Positions 48,207-58,137 of a DNA stretch of 64,000 nt are shown in pieces (within the stretch, counting starts at the first letter, position 1; every line of letters starts with the position of its first letter). The notes under the pieces were generated by a model. That model saw only the letters and a list, made by a program, of their open reading frames with translations, did not search any database and was not told the origin of the DNA. The stretch spans positions 96,001 through 160,000 of IMG/VR virus record IMGVR_UViG_3300028624_000003; one strand, given 5' to 3'. Source of the DNA: a virus (lineage: Duplodnaviria > Caudoviricetes). The position numbers and the translations under genes are program-made.

Positions 48207-48301
48207 GGCAAATGCCCTACTCTGAGATATGTCATTCATTCTAATTCGCATATACATTACTTCTGTGAATCACCACAAACAAACTTCACAGGAGTCGAAT
48301 C

Positions 48302-48604
48302 ATGTACCGCGCTATCAATCGCATTTTCAGCCGCATGGCTTCTCAGGTTCTGGACGCTGCTTATCGGGCAGCCAATCGCGTTATCACTTACACCGCTCGG
48401 GTCGTCCGGCAGGCTGGCCAGTACGTGGTCACCATCGTCATCGATGGCCGCATGTACTCGGAAATACTTACGCAGGAAGAAGCTCGCCAGCTGCTGTCCT
48501 ACACCACTTGCCGCATCGCGCAAGTGTGCGGTGCGTATCATCGTACCGCTAATGTCGAAACTGCCGCCACTTTCGTAGAGTGGCAGGGTGAACTTTCTTG
48601 GTAA
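48302..48604 (+). CDS. Hypothetical early protein (monocistronic)
   Basis: Promoter motif 48251-48268, AGGAG RBS, hairpin right after the stop. Confidence 0.7.
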   Translation: MYRAINRIFSRMASQVLDAAYRAANRVITYTARVVRQAGQYVVTIVIDGRMYSEILTQEEARQLLSYTTCRIAQVCGAYHRTANVETAATFVEWQGELSW

Positions 48605-48840
48605 GGGATAGGAGGGAAACCTTCTATCCCTACCAAGGGATTTACAAATGCGGACATATTTTTTTGTAGGTGGGGTCCAACGCGGACCCCACCCAGTACG
48701 GAGAACTCCACTTCCACACGCCACAACGATGAGGACCCACCCATCGTCTTTCCACCCAGCCAAGGATGTGCGTCATAGTATTTCAGTGTATTCGTGTGTC
48801 AATGAAGTATATATTACTACATTGATAAACCTATTCAAAA

Positions 48841-49173
48841 TTGGAGGCAAACATTAATTCACTCACAGATGTACTACGTGACTTGAACCGCACTGCGGCG
48901 ATAGTCACGCAAACTACCAGCAAGGAGAAACTCAGACTGGTATTCGTTAAGGGATCAGCACAACCATTTCAGCATCACCTCGATCTCCTCGGACAAGATG
49001 GTCACATCTACGCCTCGATTGATATTCCTTCTCATGTAGGCTTCTCGACCATCACCAAAATGATTACTGCCATGTCTCTCAATGCTTTGATTCTACTAGA
49101 GATAGAAGAAAAGATATTCTATCTCGGTGCACGAAATGGACGTGTGCGCGCGGTACAAAGTAGGCGCATGTAA
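48841..49173 (+). CDS. Hypothetical early protein (start uncertain)
   Basis: Promoter motif 48808-48825 upstream. Confidence 0.5.
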   Translation: MEANINSLTDVLRDLNRTAAIVTQTTSKEKLRLVFVKGSAQPFQHHLDLLGQDGHIYASIDIPSHVGFSTITKMITAMSLNALILLEIEEKIFYLGARNGRVRAVQSRRM

Positions 49174-49352
49174 CAAAACGTCTATTGCTACTGCCACTAG
49201 CAATGGATGAAAATAACAACGAGTGGTACCTAGACCCACTAGGTACCACTCACTAAAATTCGAGGTATTATTTATTTTTTGGTAAGATATAAAATCGACG
49301 TGTATGGTATGTCCGTAAGGATATCTATCAGAAAATCATAATGGAGTTATTC

Positions 49353-52300
49353 ATGCACACACTCATTTGTACGGTAAAGCGTGATGGTAAAACTGAAGTA
49401 CCTTTTGATGCAAACAAAATCTCTGTGGCCATTTCCAAGGCCGCACATGCATCCGGTGAACCGGTTGATGCCGCGTCATGTACCGCCAAAGTGCTGCTCG
49501 CTCTGTCGGAAGCATCCGTTGATGGTAAGGTAGGAGTCGAAACGATTCAGGACGAAGTCGAACGAGTTCTGATGATGAATGATCACTACCTGACAGCAAA
49601 GAAGTACATCATTTACCGTCAGCATCGTGCCGACGGTCGTGCGTTCAAAATCTCCACTTTGACCGACCTCGTAGATGAATATCTTGGAAAGTGCGAATGG
49701 TCCATCAAAGAAAACTCAAACATGGACTTCTCTCTTCAGGGTCTTAACCAGTATGTGACAGCCAAGGCGATGAGTGCGTATTGGTTGGCAAAGATATTCC
49801 CGCCTGATGTGCGTGAAGCTCATAATAAGGGTACGATCCACGTACATGACCTCAATCTTCTTGCACCGTACTGCTGCGGCTGGGATTTGAGACAACTTCT
49901 CCTTGTCGGATTCAGCGGGGTCGAAGGATCCAATGACTCCAAGCCAGCAAAGCATTTCCAACAGATACTGGGACAGTGCTGGAACTTCCTTTTCACACTT
50001 CAAGGAGAAGCTGCGGGTGCACAGGCATTCAGTAACTTCGATACCTACCTCGCTCCGTTCATCAGGTTTGACAAGCTTTCGTACCGTGAAGTGAAGAAAG
50101 CTCTTCAGACATTTTTCCACAACATGACTACCAAAACACGTGTCGGATTCCAGTGCGTACCTGATACATACACGTGTCTCACTCCTGAAGGTTGGAAGTA
50201 CCATCACGAACTGCAGCCAGGTGACGAAATTTACGTCTTTGATGTGAATACTGGGCAGATCCGGTTGGATGTACTTACTCACGTGAATACGTACGAGTAT
50301 CGTGGGGAGATGATCCAGTTTACTGGTCGTAAGTTGAAGATGATGACGACCCCCAATCACAGGACGATCCGTCGCAAGTTCAACTCCAACAAATACGTGA
50401 TCGAGACTTCTGGTGATATATACGAGAAGTACGACACTCCAATCGATATTCCTCTGGCGGGTCACGTGAATCGTCAAGGCGTGGACATGACAGATGATGA
50501 GATCCGTCTGCTCGGTTGGGCGCTTACTGATGCTCACATGGACAATCATGGCACACGCATTCGTATCTATCAATCTCCCAAAAAGTACGCTCACGAAATT
50601 GCTCGTCTACTTACCAGACTCAATGCCGATTGGTATGCAGCTCCTGCTGGTGGTGGTGGCTATGGAGATGAAGTGTACAGATTTGACGTCAAGGGTGATC
50701 TTGCCCGAATGATACTCGACTACACTGCCGGATGTCGTGAGGCAATTCCGCTGCACTTCATGAACAACGCATCAGTGGATCAGATTCATGTGTTGCTGGA
50801 TACAATGATTCTTGCCGACGGCACGATCGAAGAAAGTGGACGTATTCGGATAGCCAAGAAAAATGACTACATGGCAGAATGCATACAAACTCTGCTGGTG
50901 CTGTCTGGATACGGTTCTACAAGAAATCGTCGTCTGTCTTGTACCGACACAGTGTCTGTATACAAGAAGCCGATCGCTACGACAAGAACAGAAGTCGTGG
51001 ATTATGAGGGTGTGGTTTGGTGTCCTACGACGGATACTGGCACATTCATCTGCAGAGCTGAAGACGGTACACCGTTCATCACGGGAAACTCTCCGTTTAC
51101 AAATATCACAATGGACTTGACTGTACCTCGGTACATGAAAGATGAACCAGTCATTCGTGGTGGTGAATTTACCGACTACACTTACGGTGAGTTCCAAGAA
51201 GAAATGAATATTTTCAATCGTGCACTTTGCGAAGTCATGATTGAAGGCGATGCATCTGGGCGCCAGTTCTCTTTCCCCATTCCTACATACAGCATCACCA
51301 AGGATTTCGACTGGGACAACGAAGTTCTCGAACCTCTTTGGAAGCTGACTGCGATGTACGGGGCACCCTACTTTACCAACTACGTGAATTCGGATCTCAA
51401 TCCGGAAGACGTACGGTCCATGTGTCCGCTTCACCCCGAAGAAAAGATTCATGTCAAGATAAATGGTTCATGGATGAACATGACCATCTACGCAGTGTAC
51501 TCCTTCTTAGCGAACAAGATGGATAAGTCCGAAGTGTACGTGATGCACAAGGGTAAAGAGATACCTGTGACTGGCGTTTCTGTACATGCTGCGGAGACGT
51601 TTGTACGTATCAGGACTGTACTCGATCCTGATGGAGTCATATTCGAGGGCGGCCATCACCAACCGTTCCGTACTGACGGTCTTGGACCTATGAAAAAGTC
51701 CACAGCTCGGTCGTTGAGAGTCGGGGAATACCTGCCTTACAGTGAATCTACTCGGGAAAACGTGGGATGTCCTGACGACTGCTTTGCTCAGGATGGTTAC
51801 GTGTTTGCAAAGATCACCCACAAGGAAATTCTGGGCAAGATTCATCCTTACGCTTACTGCATCGAAGTTGGTACGGAAGACCACTTGTTCGATCTGGAGC
51901 CCGGTGGTCTCGTGACGCACAACTGCAGACTGCAACTCGATCTTACGACGTTACGTCGTCGTGGTGGTGGTCAATTTGGTGCCAATCCTTTGACTGGTTC
52001 CATCGGTGTCGTCACTCTCAACCTGCCTGCCATGGCTTACAACGCAAAGGGTGACAAATCCAAGTTCTTCGAAGCAATCATCGATGGAATGGAAATGGCC
52101 CGAGAGATCTTGACTCTGAAGCGAGAGTTTGTCGAGAAGAACGTGACCCTTGGGCTGTACCCCTACACCAGACGGTATCTTGAAGATGTCGCGATGGTGG
52201 CTGAGAATGTCAAGGGAAAGAAAGAGTACATGTACAACCACTTCTCTACCATTGGGATAGTCGGTGGTAACGAGGCATGTCTCAACCTTCTTGGCAAGTC

Positions 52301-52922
52301 CATCATGGATGATGAAGGGAAGGATCTCATGATCGAAGTACTGACGATGATGCGCGAGCGTTGCCAGAAGTACGCAGAAGAGACAGGGTATCCGTTCAAC
52401 CTCGAAGCTACTCCTGCAGAAGGTGTAAGCTATCGTTTGGCTAAGCTTGATCAGGACCAATACCCTGACATTATCACGGCATCCAGTTGTGTATGCGGTG
52501 CAGATCCTTTCTACACCAACTCCACACAGGTTCCTGTCAATGCGACCACGGATATCGTGGAAGTCTGCGACAACCAAGACGATTTGCAGACACTGTACAC
52601 TGGCGGTACCGTGATGCACGTCATGCTCGGAGAAGCCGTAAAGGATCCTACTGTTGTGAAGAACTTGGTACGAAAGCTCTGCTCCAGCTATCGTATCCCG
52701 TACTTCACGATCTCTCCCAACTATTCCGTGTGTGCCAATCACGGATATCTGAAGGGAGTACAGGATTCGTGTCCCAAATGCGGTGGAGATACTGAGATCT
52801 ACTCTCGTGTGGTAGGTTTCTATACTCCTGTCAGTAGATGGAACAAGGGCAAGGTTCAGGAGTTCTCGATGCGTAACACGTACGAGACCAGCGCAGTCCC
52901 GCTTGGCGAAGAAGATAAGTAA
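49353..52922 (+). CDS. nrdD: Anaerobic (class III) ribonucleotide reductase with ATP cone and two inteins
   Basis: ATP cone VKRDG..FDANKI; HVHDL..PYCCGW; GEAAGAQAF; EATPAEG; YTGGT; CxxH...CPKC; YSRVVGF glycyl-radical loop. Confidence 0.95.
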   Translation: MHTLICTVKRDGKTEVPFDANKISVAISKAAHASGEPVDAASCTAKVLLALSEASVDGKVGVETIQDEVERVLMMNDHYLTAKKYIIYRQHRADGRAFKISTLTDLVDEYLGKCEWSIKENSNMDFSLQGLNQYVTAKAMSAYWLAKIFPPDVREAHNKGTIHVHDLNLLAPYCCGWDLRQLLLVGFSGVEGSNDSKPAKHFQQILGQCWNFLFTLQGEAAGAQAFSNFDTYLAPFIRFDKLSYREVKKALQTFFHNMTTKTRVGFQCVPDTYTCLTPEGWKYHHELQPGDEIYVFDVNTGQIRLDVLTHVNTYEYRGEMIQFTGRKLKMMTTPNHRTIRRKFNSNKYVIETSGDIYEKYDTPIDIPLAGHVNRQGVDMTDDEIRLLGWALTDAHMDNHGTRIRIYQSPKKYAHEIARLLTRLNADWYAAPAGGGGYGDEVYRFDVKGDLARMILDYTAGCREAIPLHFMNNASVDQIHVLLDTMILADGTIEESGRIRIAKKNDYMAECIQTLLVLSGYGSTRNRRLSCTDTVSVYKKPIATTRTEVVDYEGVVWCPTTDTGTFICRAEDGTPFITGNSPFTNITMDLTVPRYMKDEPVIRGGEFTDYTYGEFQEEMNIFNRALCEVMIEGDASGRQFSFPIPTYSITKDFDWDNEVLEPLWKLTAMYGAPYFTNYVNSDLNPEDVRSMCPLHPEEKIHVKINGSWMNMTIYAVYSFLANKMDKSEVYVMHKGKEIPVTGVSVHAAETFVRIRTVLDPDGVIFEGGHHQPFRTDGLGPMKKSTARSLRVGEYLPYSESTRENVGCPDDCFAQDGYVFAKITHKEILGKIHPYAYCIEVGTEDHLFDLEPGGLVTHNCRLQLDLTTLRRRGGGQFGANPLTGSIGVVTLNLPAMAYNAKGDKSKFFEAIIDGMEMAREILTLKREFVEKNVTLGLYPYTRRYLEDVAMVAENVKGKKEYMYNHFSTIGIVGGNEACLNLLGKSIMDDEGKDLMIEVLTMMRERCQKYAEETGYPFNLEATPAEGVSYRLAKLDQDQYPDIITASSCVCGADPFYTNSTQVPVNATTDIVEVCDNQDDLQTLYTGGTVMHVMLGEAVKDPTVVKNLVRKLCSSYRIPYFTISPNYSVCANHGYLKGVQDSCPKCGGDTEIYSRVVGFYTPVSRWNKGKVQEFSMRNTYETSAVPLGEEDK
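50154..51089 (+). mobile_element. Intein 1 in NrdD with LAGLIDADG endonuclease (312 aa)
   Basis: GFQ|CVPDTYTCLTPEGWK...TTPNHR...LLGWALTDAH...LLDTMILADGT...VWCPTT...FITGN|SPFTN. Confidence 0.9.
51426..51923 (+). mobile_element. Mini-intein 2 in NrdD (166 aa if Pro-1; starts at 51423 if Cys-1)
   Basis: DVRSMC|PLHPEEKIHVK...AYCIEV...LVTHN|CRLQLD. Confidence 0.85.
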
Positions 52923-52934
52923 ACACACGACATT

Positions 52935-52964
52935 TCTCCAGGGTACCATGTGGTACCCTGGAGA
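52935..52964. terminator. Hairpin after nrdD
   Basis: TCTCCAGGGTACCA-TG-TGGTACCCTGGAGA. Confidence 0.7.
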
Positions 52965-53052
52965 TTAATAACTCAGTATAGATTCATGTATATATTACGA
53001 CTTTGATGTGTGCTCTTCATCCTGAGTACATCATCTCGGAGGGATTTTAATC

Positions 53053-53448
53053 ATGTTGAAAGTTATAGGTCACACGTCCACGCTTTTCTCCAGTGTGATA
53101 CGTGAATTTCTGACTACATTCTACAGTATGGAGTACTGTGAATATAATCTCTTAGTAATTTTTCGTGGAGAGTGCACTAAGTTACCAGAAGAAATACTAG
53201 AAAAGATCAGAACTGAAATCGTCGAAAAGATACCAGCGTCTGCATTGCGAATATATTTGGAGTATACTGATGTTGTAGATAGTGTTGCAAAATACAAAGT
53301 CTGGACATTCGGTGAAGCTTCTAAGTATCTACCAATGCATCTGGATATGGATCCATCGCGATTCCGTGTATGGTCCGCGGAATTTACCAGATGCGCACTA
53401 CGTGCGGATGGCCCTGTAGACTTAGTCCATGTAACTGGTGAGGAGTAA
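53053..53448 (+). CDS. Hypothetical early protein
   Basis: Promoter motif 52989-53006; GGAGG RBS. Confidence 0.65.
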   Translation: MLKVIGHTSTLFSSVIREFLTTFYSMEYCEYNLLVIFRGECTKLPEEILEKIRTEIVEKIPASALRIYLEYTDVVDSVAKYKVWTFGEASKYLPMHLDMDPSRFRVWSAEFTRCALRADGPVDLVHVTGEE

Positions 53449-53451
53449 ATC

Positions 53452-54207
53452 ATGGGTTCGCGTTTTCTTGTTCGTGTGTACTATACTTCCAATCACAAAC
53501 ACGACATGGTCATGCGTCAGTTCCTGTGGCGGTACAAAGATCGTACAGTAGCTCACAGTACAACAGACGGTATCGAATACTACGATTTCGATATCTGCAA
53601 TGACGACTTCAACATCGATTCGATGCAACAAGACTGCGAACGAGTCACGCACTCCTCGAAGTGGGTCAAGGGTATTGATCTGAAAAATCTCCTGATCACG
53701 GTTCATACGGAACAAGGGAAAGCTGTCTTCACGTTCGGGAATCTCCCACAAGAATCCATCCCTGTCGAATTCCGGTTCACGCCTCCTCGTACGGTATCAG
53801 AACAGCATGAGGCGAATCTCATCGAGCAGTTCGACCTGCTGGTACGCAACCGGCTGGAAATGACCGATCTCCTTGACAACAATCCGAATCCGGTCGTACT
53901 GCTCTGCGGGTCCACCAAGTACTACGAAGACTTCGACCTCATTGAGAAGTGCCTTACACTCAATGGAGTGATCACTCTCAGTACAGGTCGAGTGTTCGGA
54001 CATCGTGGCGACATCGACATGTCCGGACCGGTTAAGAAGAGTCTCGATCGGCTTCACTTCAAGAAGATCGAACTGTGCGATGCTGTGTTTATCGTCAACC
54101 CCGAGCTCCGCATCGGCCTGTCGACATGTGATGAACTGCACTACGCAAAAGCACTCGGAAAACGAGTCATGTACATGATTAACCCGGTGGAATGCACTGA
54201 AGATTAG
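53452..54207 (+). CDS. Protein with a C-terminal nucleoside deoxyribosyltransferase-like domain
   Basis: VVLLCGSTKY...LDRLHFKKIELCDAVFIVN...IGLSTCDELHYAKALGKRVMY. Confidence 0.7.
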   Translation: MGSRFLVRVYYTSNHKHDMVMRQFLWRYKDRTVAHSTTDGIEYYDFDICNDDFNIDSMQQDCERVTHSSKWVKGIDLKNLLITVHTEQGKAVFTFGNLPQESIPVEFRFTPPRTVSEQHEANLIEQFDLLVRNRLEMTDLLDNNPNPVVLLCGSTKYYEDFDLIEKCLTLNGVITLSTGRVFGHRGDIDMSGPVKKSLDRLHFKKIELCDAVFIVNPELRIGLSTCDELHYAKALGKRVMYMINPVECTED

Positions 54208-54229
54208 TTCAATATAGAGAGGTACTCAA

Positions 54230-54499
54230 ATGCTCGACGACGGAAAAACCGAAGAAAATCTGACCGCAAGCGATTTCCCTGCTGTCCACATCTACACCAA
54301 GCACAGCGACGGAAATGTGCTAGATGCGGTGTACACCCACCCCGACGGAGATCGTACCACGTACGTCCAATACGTAACCGACCCTGACGATGGAGACTCT
54401 GTGATGATGAGTGAATCCATCGTCCAGCTCATCGAATCACTCGGGTACACCGAGTGTGACGAAGTGAACTCCGAAGAAATCTTCGTAGAAGAAGACTAA
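54230..54499 (+). CDS. Small, highly acidic protein
   Basis: GAGGT RBS; D/E-rich with very few K/R. Confidence 0.7.
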   Translation: MLDDGKTEENLTASDFPAVHIYTKHSDGNVLDAVYTHPDGDRTTYVQYVTDPDDGDSVMMSESIVQLIESLGYTECDEVNSEEIFVEED

Positions 54500-54578
54500 C
54501 TGAAAGCTGACACCCAGTGACGAGGTACTCTCAAGGTACCTCGTCACTATTTGTAACCCTAACTATACGGAGAACAAA

Positions 54579-56909
54579 ATGTTTAACAATTTCGAGTGGA
54601 GTGATGCGCTGGACTGTCTCGTGTGGGTACTGGGGAAGAATTCTGATCTGGTCGTGTTTGATGAAGCCACAGTCTTTCGTGTGGCTTTGAGAAACAGTGA
54701 CGGATCTATTTCTTCAAAAGACGCGCATATGGTGACTTTTCCCATGACCCTTCCGTGGTGCGGAGAATGCATCATCGCAGTGGGTACAGACAACACGTTG
54801 TACATCGGTCTATGTGACGGAAATGGCATCAAATCATACATAGCTCCACTCCCACAAGAGCACTGGATGCGGTATATGCGCGAAACCACGTGGAATAACC
54901 GCAATGCTGCGAATGTCGCGATCAGTCTGTTGCAACAGATCGGTGAGCGCACTCGTAAGTACGAAGCCAGGACCGACCAAGAAAAGTACGATTCCGTCAC
55001 CAACGACGAACGGGTGCGGAAGGGTATTTTCGAACGCGCAGTAGATGCATTCGTTCAGCAGTTTTACGAGCACAGCTTGCTTGACGGCATATGGATCGGC
55101 TACACGACGCTCTCAGCCCATACTGCGTCTGGCATGCACAGATCACCGTCGCCACAACCTGCCATCAAATATCAGGACGTACGTACCGGTGAAATGTTTA
55201 CAGTGTCTCAGGCTGGAGGTTGTACGTATGTGGGTATTTCGATGAATGACGATGCTCCCCACTCGCACGAGGTCATCTCGCAGCGCGATGTCGAGGATTA
55301 CTTCGATCGCATCATCACGGACGACAATTGTCTTGCTATCCGTATGTTCAAACGCGTGTCCGGCTACGGACGAAACTTGTTCGATTGCATTATGGAGGAT
55401 GACGAAGGACTTCTGCGACTCTACTTCGAGCAGTGCGAAAAGACGGGCACCGTGCATGACACCGATCTGTCCCGTTACTTCTCCCCCTGTCATACTCGTA
55501 GAAATAGTAGACCCAGCGATTGTTGTAGCAAACTGATTTGCGTAAACGGACGCGAATTCGTTGTGGCAGTCGACAAGTACACGCTCGATGCGTCTATATA
55601 TCTACTTGAATCTTACGGGGGTAGGAAATATTCGAGTAGTGCGTGCACTATCCGAATATACAGGAAAGACTTCCTGAACTATCTTGACACGTATCGCAGG
55701 CAGAACCCCGGCACGCTCCTGCATTTCGAGGATCGGATCAGAACGCATGACAAAGCTGACCGCGACTTCGATCCCAGAATAGATCGCAGTGCATTTGGGT
55801 TGTACGACCATACGCCGACCCAGAACAACAAGAACTCCGGTCTGGACACGATCGTCGAGATGATTGATGATCTGCAGAAAACTGTGGACAACTTCGAAAG
55901 GATGCCGATAAGCATATTCCGGTCAATACTCGGTGCACTACGGTGCATCTTGGCTAGCAAGACTACAGAGGCTAACGTCAAAACACTTGAACGCAGCCTC
56001 GTTGCTTTGTATGACTCGGTGATGCGCAAAGTCGATCCACTCACTCGACTCGAAGCGAAAGAAGTACTCGATTCGATCGGTACAGTATTTCCGCGCCGTC
56101 AAGTAAACGAGCAGATACGAGCCAAGCTGCAACGCAAATACTGCAAAGTTGAATCGAATCCGCTCGTACTGACGATGCTCACGCTCTGCGACCTGACAGC
56201 GTCGTTCACGCAAGATCGTGCGGAGTCGAGTTCTCTGGACACGACTATACAGTATCTCGCTAACCTGGACGTGCTTCTGGCGAGCGTAGCCAAAATAATG
56301 TCCACACCCAACTGCAGTACCGTATTCGAACTGGTCATTATGAACATGAGGGAACTCGTCGTAACGATGCCGATCGAAACGGACAGAGACTTCGATAAGG
56401 TAGACGACTGGCAGAAGTTCATTCAGTTCAAGCCGCTACTCCGCGCAGTACGTTACAGGCTGCGCGATTATGCGGATGAGCATGGTGACAAGAACGTACG
56501 GAAGTTTCGTAGGGTGAAACCTGAAGCAGAAACTGCAGCAGAAACTGTCGCACAGAAGATCGCAGACCTCCCGACCATTCCCTTGGATCAGGATAGCCAG
56601 AAAGATGAAGAGAATGCTACGTCCGAACCCACCAAGTTCGTTACGATGGTCGAGGCGTTGAAAGAAGTCAGTTCCAGAAATCCGAAAGACATCTCGATTC
56701 TGGATACTATCCGAGCTCTCGACTTGAAGGAGTTGCGGAACAAGAAACACTACACTGCGAAATACCTTCGCGAAAAGGGCATCACGTCTGCTGCACAGTG
56801 GGCGGAGCTCTCCGAGCCGGATGCGGTGTACCTTCTGGGACGGTCCAAGTACTACGCGAAGATGAAGCAAGCCTTCCACAATCGCGGTATTCTGTGGCCC
56901 AGCGCGTAA
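54579..56909 (+). CDS. Large hypothetical protein (776 aa)
   Basis: Long ORF with GGAG RBS, flanked by hairpins. Confidence 0.75.
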   Translation: MFNNFEWSDALDCLVWVLGKNSDLVVFDEATVFRVALRNSDGSISSKDAHMVTFPMTLPWCGECIIAVGTDNTLYIGLCDGNGIKSYIAPLPQEHWMRYMRETTWNNRNAANVAISLLQQIGERTRKYEARTDQEKYDSVTNDERVRKGIFERAVDAFVQQFYEHSLLDGIWIGYTTLSAHTASGMHRSPSPQPAIKYQDVRTGEMFTVSQAGGCTYVGISMNDDAPHSHEVISQRDVEDYFDRIITDDNCLAIRMFKRVSGYGRNLFDCIMEDDEGLLRLYFEQCEKTGTVHDTDLSRYFSPCHTRRNSRPSDCCSKLICVNGREFVVAVDKYTLDASIYLLESYGGRKYSSSACTIRIYRKDFLNYLDTYRRQNPGTLLHFEDRIRTHDKADRDFDPRIDRSAFGLYDHTPTQNNKNSGLDTIVEMIDDLQKTVDNFERMPISIFRSILGALRCILASKTTEANVKTLERSLVALYDSVMRKVDPLTRLEAKEVLDSIGTVFPRRQVNEQIRAKLQRKYCKVESNPLVLTMLTLCDLTASFTQDRAESSSLDTTIQYLANLDVLLASVAKIMSTPNCSTVFELVIMNMRELVVTMPIETDRDFDKVDDWQKFIQFKPLLRAVRYRLRDYADEHGDKNVRKFRRVKPEAETAAETVAQKIADLPTIPLDQDSQKDEENATSEPTKFVTMVEALKEVSSRNPKDISILDTIRALDLKELRNKKHYTAKYLREKGITSAAQWAELSEPDAVYLLGRSKYYAKMKQAFHNRGILWPSA

Positions 56910-56918
56910 ACAATTAAT

Positions 56919-56948
56919 CGTAGGTGGGGTCATATGACCCCACCTACG
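56919..56948. terminator. Perfect 30-bp palindrome
   Basis: CGTAGGTGGGGTCAT|ATGACCCCACCTACG. Confidence 0.7.
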
Positions 56949-56964
56949 TCACATAGGAGTAATC

Positions 56965-57540
56965 ATGCTGATTGACATTTTTGTAAATCTTCCCAATTAT
57001 GAACGAGCTTATGCCAGTGAAATGGTCAAAAAGACATTACAAGAAGCTCATGCCATTCGTGAACATACTCCCAATGTGATAGAGCTTGAACTGTGGTACA
57101 CCAACAATCGCGGAATGCTCGGGAATAGGAAACCTAACCCGATGGTCAGATGCGTCTACATTCCGCACGATGCCACAGGTATTCCTCTCAGTGAACATAT
57201 CGTAGGACAGTACTACGGTACTTACGAGTACAAGTTCACTCCGAGGTTCCAGAACGAGCTACGCCGCACTTTCAAGATCAGTTCACCCGATAGCATCGCT
57301 CGGCTCCATCCGGGTACTGAAGGTCCTGATGGTCGCAGGTACATGTACATGCCACAGATGTCCATGAACCCAAATGCGTACATTTTCATTCCGTATCAGA
57401 ATCCCAAACATCTACTGACGCAGTCAGTACTGTGCATGAGCCGGTACGATAAAGCGCGCACGGCGCTGGATGCTATCTATGAAGATCATGGCGAACCAGT
57501 CAAGTATGCGACGTTTTCTTTCATGTACATGCAACAATAA
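56965..57540 (+). CDS. Hypothetical protein
   Basis: AGGAG RBS. Confidence 0.7.
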   Translation: MLIDIFVNLPNYERAYASEMVKKTLQEAHAIREHTPNVIELELWYTNNRGMLGNRKPNPMVRCVYIPHDATGIPLSEHIVGQYYGTYEYKFTPRFQNELRRTFKISSPDSIARLHPGTEGPDGRRYMYMPQMSMNPNAYIFIPYQNPKHLLTQSVLCMSRYDKARTALDAIYEDHGEPVKYATFSFMYMQQ

Positions 57541-57568
57541 GTTGCTAAAAACAAAAAAGGAGCGATAC

Positions 57569-58126
57569 GTGGAAGATACAAGATACACAAGAAGACTTCC
57601 GCGAGTCTTGAATAAGAAAGAAGTACCGAGACTCATGGAGAATATGGTCTACATCGGTAGACCATCTAAATGGGGTAACCCATTCCGAGTTCAGTACAAA
57701 AACGGGGTAGAAGTACCTTTTTCGCGCATGTCTTCTATCATTCAGTATGAAGAGTATCTGCAGATGAGTCATTCCCCGAAAGACTATCTGCACGAGTTAC
57801 GTGGCAAAGATTTGGTATGTTTTTGTGCGCCTCTCGCGTGTCACGGCGACATACTGATCAGATACGCCAATCGTGTGTACTGTCCGCACTGCAATAGTCT
57901 GGAAATAGGGTACACTACGTCCAGTCCCGAATACCTCGCAGAGTTTGGCGAAGAAGTTACCACCTATGCGCTACAGGGGTTCGACGGTAACTGGAATTAC
58001 ATAAGCGAACGCTACGACTCGTGGAGTTGGCTAAACTCTGCATCTGGTACGATGCACTGCATGACTTGCGGCCTATCGATAAACGTCGAAGACTATTACA
58101 ATTCGAATTTTAACATGGAGAAATAG
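57569..58126 (+). CDS. DUF4326 domain protein with C-terminal CxxC pairs
   Basis: VYIGRPSKWGNPF...ELRGKDLVCFCAPLACHGDIL. Confidence 0.85.
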   Translation: MEDTRYTRRLPRVLNKKEVPRLMENMVYIGRPSKWGNPFRVQYKNGVEVPFSRMSSIIQYEEYLQMSHSPKDYLHELRGKDLVCFCAPLACHGDILIRYANRVYCPHCNSLEIGYTTSSPEYLAEFGEEVTTYALQGFDGNWNYISERYDSWSWLNSASGTMHCMTCGLSINVEDYYNSNFNMEK

Positions 58127-58137
58127 AGGAGCTCAAG

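Noticed and set aside
48640-48800. Possible tRNA or ncRNA in this intergenic gap
   Set aside because: One clear hairpin only; no cloverleaf or T-loop. No tRNA was recognised anywhere in the window, but tRNAscan was not run
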